A stretch of 63,355 nucleotides of DNA, counting the filler, from Octopus bimaculoides (lineage: Eukaryota): assembly GCF_001194135.2 (NCBI RefSeq). It is 10 parts of 8 records of this genome, joined end to end, with 100 filler letters (N's around TTAATTAATTAA, not from the genome) between each part and the next. Parts side by side here need not be neighbours in the genome. Positions count along the whole stretch, not along the records: positions 1 to 13,194 come from NC_068984.1; 9 more parts are not named here. One strand, given 5' to 3'. Shown one piece after another: positions 1-9,720 of the stretch (position 1 is the stretch's first letter; each line of letters starts with the position of its first letter). Under the pieces are notes generated by a model that saw nothing but the letters and a program-made list of their open reading frames with translations, was not told the origin of the DNA and ran no database searches. Made by a program: the position numbers and the translations under genes.

Positions 1-28
<28 letters not shown>

Positions 29-32
<4 letters not shown>

Positions 33-200
33 GCAGCGTGGAAGGTGTATATAAGCCATTTAAAATAACACACAAAAACTGTTAGATTCACTTCAACATA
101 TAAATTTAATTTGTCAAAATATTTTTGTCGCTTTGAGACCGCGACCTGTTCACTGACAAAATTCCGTGCTGCATCTGAGAAAGTAACAGTTAGTTCATGA
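29..200. repeat. ~175-bp interspersed repeat (probable PLE pseudo-LTR), left copy; inverted relative to 4200-4378
   Basis: The reverse complement of 4200-4378 aligns nearly base for base (e.g. aagccatttaaaataacacacaaaaac; gtcgctttgagaccgcgacctgttcactgacaaaatt). Confidence 0.85.
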
Positions 201-419
201 TATATATGTACGTGTGTATGTGTGTGTGTATGTATGTATGTAGGAGAATATACGAATAATAACAACAGACGAGGACAGGTGGTGTAAATAACAAAAGTAT
301 ATATTAGTATGACGCTCGGGAATACGGAAAGTCTTTGACGTTTCGAGCTACATATGTTGAAGAGCTACGCTCTTCAACATATGTATGTATGTGTGTGTAT
401 GCCTCTGTGTACAAAAAAA

Positions 420-1520
420 CAATTTCATAACCACCAACAATGAAATCCCACCCCTGTATGGCATTCGAAAAGGTAAAAAAAACACACAGGTAATGTACTT
501 GGGCCACCTACCCGACCTGTTTGTCGTGCCAACAATGCGAACAACCACAAAATATCGTATTTTCTCTCAGAATTCCTACGACCCTTAATAGAATTATCTG
601 CAGATGTATGTGATAGTACTGAAGACCTCCTTAGCGGGATCCGCGAATGCAACAACGCATGTGACCTCAGTGACCACCTCGTAGGTAGCATGGATGTGGT
701 ATCACTGTATCCTTCCATTGATGTAAACTTTGCTATCGATAAATGTATAGAGATAATTTGTGAAAGTAATATGACATTTAAAAATGTGGACGTATATGAA
801 CTAGGCCTCTTCCTGAACCTGACTTGTACCAATGAATATCTGTCACGGAATAATCTTGTATATGCTTGTCTCACCCGTAACAAACGAGGTAGACCACCTA
901 CCATTACCTCAGCATACAAAAAACCCACTGTGAACGCTGGCATGGCTGGACGAAGCGAGACCACCCACCTTCAGATGCACACGACATCAGAACTACTGTT
1001 GCACATGCCATCGGTGTCAGCCTTAGAACCACCCTTAAAAATCATATTTTTAAATTTAACAATAAACTGTATAAACAGGTGAAAGGCGGTGCTATTGAAG
1101 TAGGGATCGCCGGTGATGTTGCTAACCTCTTCATGGTATGGTGGGACAGACATTTTAAACAGTGCTTAGCGACCCGTAACATCTACTTAGCTATGTACTC
1201 TCGATACGTTGACATTAACCTTGTCGTGAAATGTAATACTAATACAGATATGGACACTCTACTAAATGAGGAACAGGTGATGACAGCTATACAACACATA
1301 GCTGACTCTATTCATACCGTAGACTACCCAGCTAAACACTTCAGTAAGAGATTACCCGCCCTAGATACTGAGCTGTGGATAGAAAATACTGTAATTGACG
1401 GAACTGTTAAATCCTGTCTACTCCACTGACACTACTCTAAACCTATGGCTGATCCACTGGTAACCCGTAGTGACTCTGCGATGTCAGGTACTGCCAAGAT
1501 CAACATCCTCGTAGCAGACT
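420..1520 (+). mobile_element. Penelope-like retroelement RT, Naiad/Chlamys-like, frameshifted
   Basis: Across frameshifts: PPLYGIRK, GPPTRPVCRAN, GSMDVVSLYPSID, LGLFLNLT, KRGRPPTIT, NHIFKFNNKLYKQVKGGAIEVGIAGDVANLFMVWWD, SRYVDINL (one catalytic D missing), LPALDTELW, KPMADP. Clade assignment rests on recalled motifs. Confidence 0.75.
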
Positions 1521-1544
1521 TAGTTAGAATATATATATATATAT

Positions 1545-1575
1545 ACTAGCAGAAATACCCGGCTTTGCCCGGGTT
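1545..1575 (-). mobile_element. Helitron 3' terminus (hairpin plus CTAG)
   Basis: Minus strand reads cccgg-gcaaag-ccggg tatttctg CTAG|T: a GC hairpin shortly upstream of CTAG followed by T. The body runs into the N gap at 1576. Confidence 0.7.
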
Positions 1576-1676
1576 NNNNNNNNNNNNNNNNNNNNNNNNN
1601 NNNNNNNNNNNNNNNNNNNNNNNNNNNNNNNNNNNNNNNNNNNNNNNNNNNNNNNNNNNNNNNNNNNNNNNNNNNT

Positions 1677-1925
1677 TCCTTGCAATTGGGTATGACTCCT
1701 TCGTGTATCACCTGGCTCGCAATACAGGTGACTAGGTTAAAGCCGACACTGCCAGATATTTTGAGCATCTCTGCAGTGATTCCTGATGGGCCGGGGGCTT
1801 TCCCTGTCTTCATGCTCTTAATTGCTTTATCTACCATGGTACTGTCGACTCGGATAGCTGATCCCTCTGTGGGGTCGACATTTGGCAGACTCTCTTTCTC
1901 CCATTCATTCTCTTTATTGAGCAAT
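1677..1925 (-). mobile_element. RTE-clade LINE fragment (RT N-terminal region)
   Basis: VDKAIKSMKTGKAPGPSGITAEMLK; homologous to the RTE segment at 31630-32000. Confidence 0.8.
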
Positions 1926-2190
1926 CTTTCGTAGTGGCGTCTCCAAACCTCATGGCATGTGGAGTCCCCACCACGAAACTTGATATGCTAGTAATAACAG
2001 CTAAACGCGGACAATCCAAATCTTGCATTTACTCAGGAAGTTGAACTGCAAGTTTCACACTTTTTACCAGAGAACATGTATTCGAAAACGAAAAAAAAAA
2101 ATGAAAAAAAAAGAAAGAAAGCCTGTAACTAAATTCGAAAGCAAAAAAAGAAAAAAAAACAAACTAATTTTTACTTTTACCTTTCTGAAA

Positions 2191-3048
2191 TCACTGTGGA
2201 TATATTTTGGCTATGCGCTTGATAAATGTCTGAAAGTTCTCCCACTTCATATCGTAATAATCACGGTACATTGCCTCATCAATATGTGACCATTTCATGT
2301 TACCACATGATCCACTTTTGTATTTCAGTCTACGTTTTATCCGTGACCAGAATGCCTCTACATTATTGGTACATACCCCAGTAACGGGATCAACAAAATT
2401 CTGTGAATGGTTCACGGTACCATGAATGTATCCCAGTTTCTGAAGATTTTGGTAACTGGGCCACATATCCGTGAAAATCGTAGTTCCTGGCTCCACATTT
2501 TCAATGATTGCAGCTTCTAACGTTTCAGCCTTTCTATCGGTTATATGTTGCAGGTAGCCCTTTTTCTGAGTGACATTGTAAAAGCCTATCACCCAAAACT
2601 TTTCAACTATTCTGCCAACCTCATATTTCCTCTTGAAAAGCAGGCTTTCATCCACTTGTACGATGTGGTTCAGTCCACCTCACTATTTCTTATCTTTCAG
2701 TAACTTGGCTGAACATATTTCTCGGCAGTATTCGGACCATTGAATGGCCGTGTCGTTGGTAATATTGTTCCAACTCATGGAACAGGTTACTGGCAATTCA
2801 GATATAAAGTCTGCTATTATTTGAAATAATGTAAACACTGTCAAGTGGTAGTTCTCTAAAAAAGTATTTTTCCTTATAAAGATCATTTTACTGCATGAAT
2901 TACATCGCCAAATAACTCCGTCAATAGCACGTTGAAAAGATTGAATTTTCATTTGACGACGACAAGTACATTCTTTTCTTTTTTTTTGTGCAATTAACTT
3001 GTTTTCTTTCAAAAAATCCAGAAAAATATCCTCCTGTACCTTTTCCAT
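2191..3048 (-). mobile_element. Merlin (IS1595/ISXO2-like) DDE transposase, disrupted by adjacent in-frame TAG TGA
   Basis: ORFs 2683-3048 and 2191-2655 are in the same frame, separated by two stops at 2680-2685. N-terminal CxC..CxxC, then GGLNHIVQVDES, TIFTDMWPSY, HGTVNHSQNFVDPVTGVCTNNVEAFWSRIK. Confidence 0.85.
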
Positions 3049-3153
3049 AATTCAGTACGAGGTGAAGACATTTTGGCAATGTGGGCTTCGAAAAATTTGC
3101 GCGACACACTAGTATCAAAACTTAAATTCAATTGTGAACAATATTGGCGAGAA

Positions 3154-3230
3154 GAGGTCAAGAAAGAGGAAGAGCCCTTTACAGAGAGAGGTCAAGAAAG
3201 CGGAAGAGTCCTTTACAGAGAGAGGCCAGG
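3154..3230 (+). repeat. 34-bp tandem duplication (2 copies plus a partial)
   Basis: gaggtcaagaaag(a/c)ggaagag(c/t)cctttacagaga at 3154-3187 and 3188-3221. Confidence 0.9.
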
Positions 3231-3246
3231 ATCCCGTCTTTTCATT

Positions 3247-3425
3247 TCAAATTGGTAGAGGGAGGTCAACAATTGTCACAATCATCATGTAGTCGGTGCC
3301 CTTGGTTTTAAATGGCAACTTATGAAATTTAACAATTCCATACACGTCAACCACTGTGTCTGGTTTCAAAGTAATTAAGGAGTTGTATGAATAGTTCCCT
3401 CGTTTAAACTTGTTTTTTTTTCCAT
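3247..3425 (-). pseudogene. POT1: 5' fragment of Protection of telomeres 1 (OB1 fold), truncated
   Basis: NYSYNSLITLKPDTVVDVYGIVKFHKLPFKTKGTDYMMIVTIVD aligns without gaps to recalled human POT1 [44 protein letters not shown] (26/44 identical by hand). The frame stops shortly after VD. Confidence 0.75.
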
Positions 3426-3583
3426 TTTTAAAAATCAAAATAGCTTTGCTTTAGGATCAATTGAAATGTTTCAAATTACAGTTTGTTTGTTTTTTAACAA
3501 AAACATTGCCGATTGGATTAAGAAATATTCTTCTCCGCACGCATACACCACAGGAGCGAAAACAAAATTCGAACACATTCTAA

Positions 3584-3862
3584 ATCAGCTGTCCTGCGGA
3601 TGTCAACATCACACTAAAGATTAGAGAAAAAGAGAACAACTACACCAAGCTACAGAGAAATTTGCAGATAGTCCACCCAGACTACAAGTTCAGATTCATA
3701 CCCGTGATTGTTGGGGATTGGGATATGTAACGAACTGCCACAACAAAAACCTGGAAAAATTAGGGTTCTCAAAACCTGAAATAAAAAGGCTGATTAGAAG
3801 ACTACAGATTCAAGCCATCAATGGAACTGCAAAGATATGTAAAACTTTCCAAAAATTTAGCA
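3584..3862 (+). mobile_element. C-terminal restriction-like endonuclease region of a non-LTR retrotransposon (R4/NeSL-like)
   Basis: ISCPADVNITLKIREKENNYTKLQRNLQIVHPDYKFRFIPVIVG, frameshift, LGYV...IQAINGTAKICKTF; resembles recalled RLE tails (KExxY-L, PIIIGALG). Confidence 0.6.
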
Positions 3863-4199
3863 CAGAAATACATATGCATACGCCTAGACATGAAAATACA
3901 TACATAAAAACGCATCCATAAAACAAACATACAAATCTGCGCATTCACTAACCCCAAATACTGCACACACACATATGCACAAATACCTAGATGATGTTGA
4001 TAAAAGTTCCAATGAAGGAGCCTTGAATCTACGTTAGAGTCCGGCTCTCTCTATGGACAAGAAATATAGAAATGAAACTGATTGATAACATACATGCATG
4101 CGTATAGGCATGCACACATGCACATGCGTGTACACAGATGCATACGCACACATGTATACATACATACATACATACATGCATACATACATACGTACATAT

Positions 4200-4440
4200 T
4201 TATCATGAACTAACAGTTAATTTCTCAGACGAAACAGAATTTTGTCAGTGAACAGGTCGCGGTCTCAAAGCGACGAAAATATTTTGACAAATTAAATTTA
4301 GATGTTGGTTGAAGTGAATCTAACGGTTTTTGTGTGTTATTTTAAATGGCTTATAAACACCTTCCATGCTGTAATTGTTTTCGTTCCAGCACACGATCTC
4401 AGATCAGGTCACTTGCTATGCTAGTACTTCTCCGTAACAT
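4200..4440. repeat. Right copy of the PLE-type repeat, carrying a minimal hammerhead
   Basis: Inverted homolog of 29-200. Confidence 0.85.
4241..4291 (+). ncRNA. Candidate minimal type-I hammerhead ribozyme, G3:C8 core variant
   Basis: Stem I tttgtca/tgacaaa; core GUGAACA; one extra G; stem II gtcgc/gcgac; GAAA; palindromic AATATT stem III; UH site UU. Confidence 0.5.
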
Positions 4441-4442
4441 AC

Positions 4443-4485
<43 letters not shown>

Positions 4486-4689
4486 AATAATTTATGAATA
4501 TATGCATATATACGTACATATATGTACATACCTACATCTACATGTATATATAGATGCATACGTGGACAAAATTATAAACAAAGTAATATATAACCCATGC
4601 TAGCATGGAAAGCGGACGTTAAACGATGATGATGATGATGATATTAATATTTCTAAGTCTCTCTAAAGGAGACTATGGCAGTGGTACTA

Positions 4690-5087
4690 GATATTAATAG
4701 TTATTGCCAAGCCAACATGGTAGTCCAAAAAATAGGACAAATGCTGCCATTGCCTCTGGCTAGCTAGAGGCGATGGCCTCTATCTGTGAAAACTAGTGGA
4801 TGTATTCCACTGAATTTAGGTAAATAATCCTTCGTACAGACGGTCAGTAGCGACGCCTGCTGGGTTCGGCTGCTCTACATTGATAAGAGGCAATACCCCG
4901 AAACTAGTCTGTAGATGCCAGATCAGCAAGGTGAAGCGGCTGACCTCCTCTGTTCGAAGGTTATAATGGACACAGTTTCGTGTGTCACATAGCTAGCTAG
5001 AGGCAATGGCCTCTTGGAGCTAATCAACGGCAGCATTTGTCCTAGTTTTTGGACAGCCATGTTGGCTTGGCGATAACTATTAATATC
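4690..5087. mobile_element. MITE-like element with ~59-bp terminal inverted repeats
   Basis: 4690-4748 (gatattaatagttattgccaagccaacatgg...atgctgcc) is the near-perfect reverse complement of 5029-5087; subterminal gctagctagaggc.atggcctct at 4759 and 4992. No TSD found. Confidence 0.8.
4874..4915 (+). ncRNA. Candidate minimal type-I hammerhead ribozyme, U3:A8 core variant, inside the MITE
   Basis: tctaca-UUGAUAA-gagg caata cccc-GAAA-C TA G-UC-tgtaga; stem I tctaca/tgtaga; palindromic ACTAGT stem III. Confidence 0.55.
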
Positions 5088-5477
5088 ACACATATATACA
5101 TATATATTTTAATACCTCGCCACATGGAGTAGTAACCAGAAGATGTTCAGATAAGCAACCTTGTTTTCTAACCAAGAACACATCTAAAACCTTTTTAGCA
5201 CTGATTATAATTACTTTATTATTTCCTTTCATTATCTATCTATGTAAACACAGTTCTGTCTTCCATGTTGTATTTGTAGAAAAAAACTTATGATCCCTTT
5301 GCGCAATCCAACTCTCCCTCCTTCTCCTTTGACACTCATTTATTATTGTCATTTATTCGTTCATTTATATAATCTTGTCCCAGTTTGGTTGATTGAAAAC
5401 TGTTGGCTCTAGTTAAGAATACAAATGCCTAATTCTATCTCATTATTATCATTAATATGTTCTCACCCTGGAAACCT

Positions 5478-6620
5478 GAGCTCTTGCTGTTTCACAGTGC
5501 GCCCAGTCCTTCCCGCCCCCACCACCTGTACTGAAAGTCTCTATCGGATGTCTCTCTCATGAGCACCTCCAAAGGCTTAATGTTCCCCCCATCCCTACTT
5601 AGGGTTTATATCCTATGTAATGTAGTGATTATGTAGCGCATAAAATAATGGTGTAGGGTATGCAGGTTGAAGGCTATTGTATGTTTATGAGTTCTGTCAA
5701 ATGTGAGCTTTCTTTTCAGGTACATGACGCTGCTGTCCCCAATCCCAGGGTCTTGGGGGCCCACACCACCCACACCCACAGAGTTGGCACACTGAAAGGT
5801 AGATCTGGTGAGATTGATGAGATGCTTAAATGGAGACGTGTAGATTTTTGCTGCATTCATGAAGTAAGGTGGAGAGGAAGTTCTGCTAGGCTCCTCACAA
5901 GCAAAGAACATAGATATAAAATTTCCTGGGCAGGGAACACTTTTGGGGTCAGGGGTGTGGGTATACTTCTTGCAAAGAAATGGGTTGATAAGGTAATCGA
6001 GGTAGTCAGAGTCTGTGATAGAATACTTACGATTTAATTAGTGCTGCAATATGGGTTGGCAACCATTATCTCAGCTTATGCCCCTCAGCCAGGGCTACCT
6101 GATGAACAGAAAGATCAATTTTATGACACCCTCTTGCAGACTATCTCATTGATGAATGACAGGGACCTTCTCTTTGTGGCTGGCGAATTCAATGGGCATG
6201 TTGGACAACATGCAGGGGGGCTTCCATGGTGTACATGGAGGCTATGATTTTGGTTTCCACAATGAGGATGAAACCAGGTTGCAATGCAAATGATCTTATG
6301 GTTTGTAATATTAACTTCAGGAAGCCTGTCAAGTCACCTATTCACCTACTGATCTGGTGGACACACTAGTCAAATTGATTACATCCTCATCAGGAAATGA
6401 GAAAGATGGCTACTTGTAAATGCCAAAACCTTCCCAGCTGAAGAATGCACCCCACAACATAGATTAGTAGTTAGTGACTTTAGGATCAGGGCTAAATGGA
6501 TGCCCAGAAGATGACCAGCATGGAGCAGAAGGGTCTGGAAGCTTAAAGATCCTGTGAATGGACAGATTTAGAAACATATTACTTGGAGCTTTTGACAAAA
6601 TAGAAGGGGGTTATAGCATC
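5478..6620 (+). mobile_element. RTE-clade LINE 5' part (5' UTR plus APE endonuclease), decayed
   Basis: VGTLKGRSGEI, CCIHEVRWRG, GVGILL, ISAYAPQ, AGEFNGHVG, QIDYIL; 5' UTR homologous to the reverse complement of 34470-34710. Confidence 0.9.
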
Positions 6621-6629
6621 ACATGATGT

Positions 6630-9600
6630 GGTACCTGATGCAGCTCTTGGCTCAACCTGATCCTATCAAACCAGAACACTGCTTCTAGCGGCAAGATGCG
6701 ACCCCTCTCTGCCATGGCCTTGATTGCTCGATGATACCATTTCCACTCGGCCTGTACGCTGCTCTGAATTAGTGGTGCACCTTCCACTTATCAAGCATAT
6801 CCTTCAATGTCTCTGAATGAAATGCAATGTCATTGTCCATCAACAATTCGTCCACAGGGCTCTGCTTGAGGAATATCTCATTCAGGATTCATGCAATCTC
6901 ATCTGCAGTACCTGTCTTCAATTCCCTCCAAATGGCCATCAGTCAACCATCGAGAGATACATCCCCTGCCGGCAGTGTGTCAAATTCACTGCCAATTGTC
7001 TCCAGTTGTGCTCTACCGAGACGTTTCTCTGATCATGCACACCTGGAGCAGGGTCAATAGATTGACACCTATCACAATTTCAGACTACCTTTTGGATGCT
7101 CTGCCTAGTGACATCGGTGTCAACACTCCTGGCAAGATACAAAGTTCTATCCATACCCATATGATGCATGGCATCTTCTTAGCTCCGAGTAACTGAACCT
7201 ATACACTGCAGCTATCCCCCGTTTTGAATCTTCCGGCTCTGCCAACCAGGCCTTTTTCAACCTGGTTAGAATGTCTGCCTTGTTCCTTTCTGAAGGCACA
7301 AAAACCATGCTCAGCTTCAAACCAAATTCGGCAGCTAGTTCTAGAATCCTTAGGTGGTGCTTTACTAACATCTCTGGTTCGACCCCTTTGGTTCAAACTC
7401 TCTTTTCACGAGTGATCACTGATCCTACTCAACCAAGTATGTTGGCTGAATCGGTTTGGATTTCGATGGAGTACAGGCCCCTCCACCATTTCAGGGCCAA
7501 ATTCACCCCCTTCAGCATTGTGTCCAACTCAGCCATATTGATGTGGTTGTAATCATCAGCTTTTCAAAGCCAGGCTGCGCCCCCCCCCCCATCATATGTT
7601 GACGCCTCCAATTTCCAGTACACCCCCTATCATTATGCTGCTAGCATAGCACTATACGGTCCCATTCTCCAATTTGGGCACGCACCAATTCACTCTTACT
7701 GGGTCTTCTGCTCTTGTCCTCTCTAGGATCTCCCGTGTCATCGCCACTGTCTCCTCTCCCACTGTGTCTCACCAGTTTGCCCCGTCAGTTTGTCTCTTGA
7801 TGTAGCTGCACACTGTCCGCAGTCACCCTGCATTTGAGTAGTGTCCCATGAGTCTCCCACACATCGAGAATAGTTCTTTCCTGCTGATACTGGTACCTAG
7901 TTCTGGGCTCTCATTCCTCCTCTGGAACACCAATGAGCCTGATCTATTTCTTTAAAGCTTGAGCCCCAGTGCAGCTTCTCCAACCATTGGCTCCAGTGGC
8001 TTCACAATCAGCCCAAACTTCTTGAGGTGACTTACAACCTCTGTGACAAACACTACAGTCACATCTACCAAGATATCGTCTATATAGGAGTTGGTGGCCC
8101 TTCTTATCCTGTTCACCTTTCCCAGGATAGACTTGAGCACTATCACTCAACCTAGTCAAACAGTATGTCTGGTTCTTGTATCACACCAGCTGATACTGCC
8201 ATGGTTTCTCATTCACATGGAGCTGCAAATATACTGACTTCAAGTCAACAGTTGTCGCTGCCCTTGTCATCTTCCTCCACTCACACAGCATCTCACTATG
8301 GACGTCAGTTGCCTCACCACTTGTGTGGCACAATACATGACCATTCATCTCCCGAAAGTCCAGTACCGGCCTAACTTTTTCCCTTTGTTGCCTGCACCAC
8401 TGCCATTAGTGGTAACACTCCACTCAACACCTCCCCTTCCACGGGGTAAGGACACCCTCCTTAATCCATCTTTCTATCTCTCCTTCAAACTCACTCCTGG
8501 CATATCCCTTCAAAGTATGCTGGTAGCAGCCCAGCCTGTTCCTCAGCATCAGGGGCTCCCCTTTCCAGTGTCACTCTAACATCGACCACTGCTTGAAAAT
8601 CTTTGTCCTCAACAGTGTAAGCAGTACAGTCCCTCGCAGAGCTCTGCTCTCTCTCATGTTGCAGACCCACGGAACATGACACCCCTGCACCACCAAGCGA
8701 AACGTCTCCACCAATACTGACACCTCCAAGGTGGTTGATCGCATCCATCCCCTTCACCATATCAATTCCATCTATCACATGGTCAATCACAATCACCCGC
8801 AGCCTCAGTGTTGTGCCTTGCTCTGCTACACTTCGCTGCTACCCTTACGTCCAATCTTGCAACTGTTGACGATCCAAACACTACTTGTCCCCTTCCATTT
8901 TTTATCACCCTCAGGGTTACAAGAGATGTCATACAGCCCATATCTATGAGGACTTTGAACGCCTTTTCCCCAGAAAGACTTCCACTATGGACAACGACTG
9001 TACAAGCACCTCTATTTCCTTGTGGCGTTTTCCCTGGCTGCAATTTCAAGCAATATGCCTAGTCTGCCTGCACCGGTAGCAAATGGGTCCGGACTTTATC
9101 TCCACGTAGTCCCTTGCCGCGTGCGGTTCCTGACACTTAAAGCACAGGCCTGTGAATGGTTGCTGTCGCTCCACAGCAGTTTTATCCTCCCTGTTCTTTA
9201 CCGGTCGCTGTACCACACAGTGGGCTTCCACAGCTGACATTGCCACTACCTTCTACCTGATATTTTGTGTCGATACGTGGGCTTGAATGATGAGTCCGCT
9301 CATCACCATTTTCTTGCAGGCTGGCAGTTGTTACAGTTGCACCGATATATTGTTGGGAAAGCTATTTACCAAGGTCAGTCATGCCACCTTCTCTAGGCCC
9401 TTTCTGGTAAAGCCAGACAGTATGGCTAGTCTCCAAACCTCTGCAGCATACTCATTGACCTGTTCCTCTGTCCACCTGAACATTCCTAGCTTAGCAAATG
9501 TAGCATACATCCCCTCTGTATAAGATTCCTTCAAGCACTGCTCAATCTTCGTCATGCTCAGTTGGTCTTCCTCATCCATCCTGAGGTACAGCACCAGAGC

Positions 9601-9720
9601 ACTTACCTACAGGTACAGGGCCATGAGACCTGCTACATCATCGATGCTTTACAACCTGACCAGAACTTTGATCTTATGGATCGAGGCCACTACTTCTCCT
9701 TCACCATAGAAAGGTCTAAG
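6630..9720 (-). mobile_element. Gypsy/Ty3-like LTR retrotransposon internal region (gag-PR-RT-RH-IN), decayed
   Basis: Gag-like ORF; knuckles CFKCQEPH and CYRCRQTRHIA*NC; protease-like VLIDMGC; RT NSYIDDILV; RNase H NKADILTR; integrase HH..CDRCQ. LTRs not identified. Confidence 0.75.

Noticed and set aside
1927-3572. Candidate Merlin TIRs (1927-1964 versus 3533-3572)
   Set aside because: Only patchy similarity and no target-site duplication.
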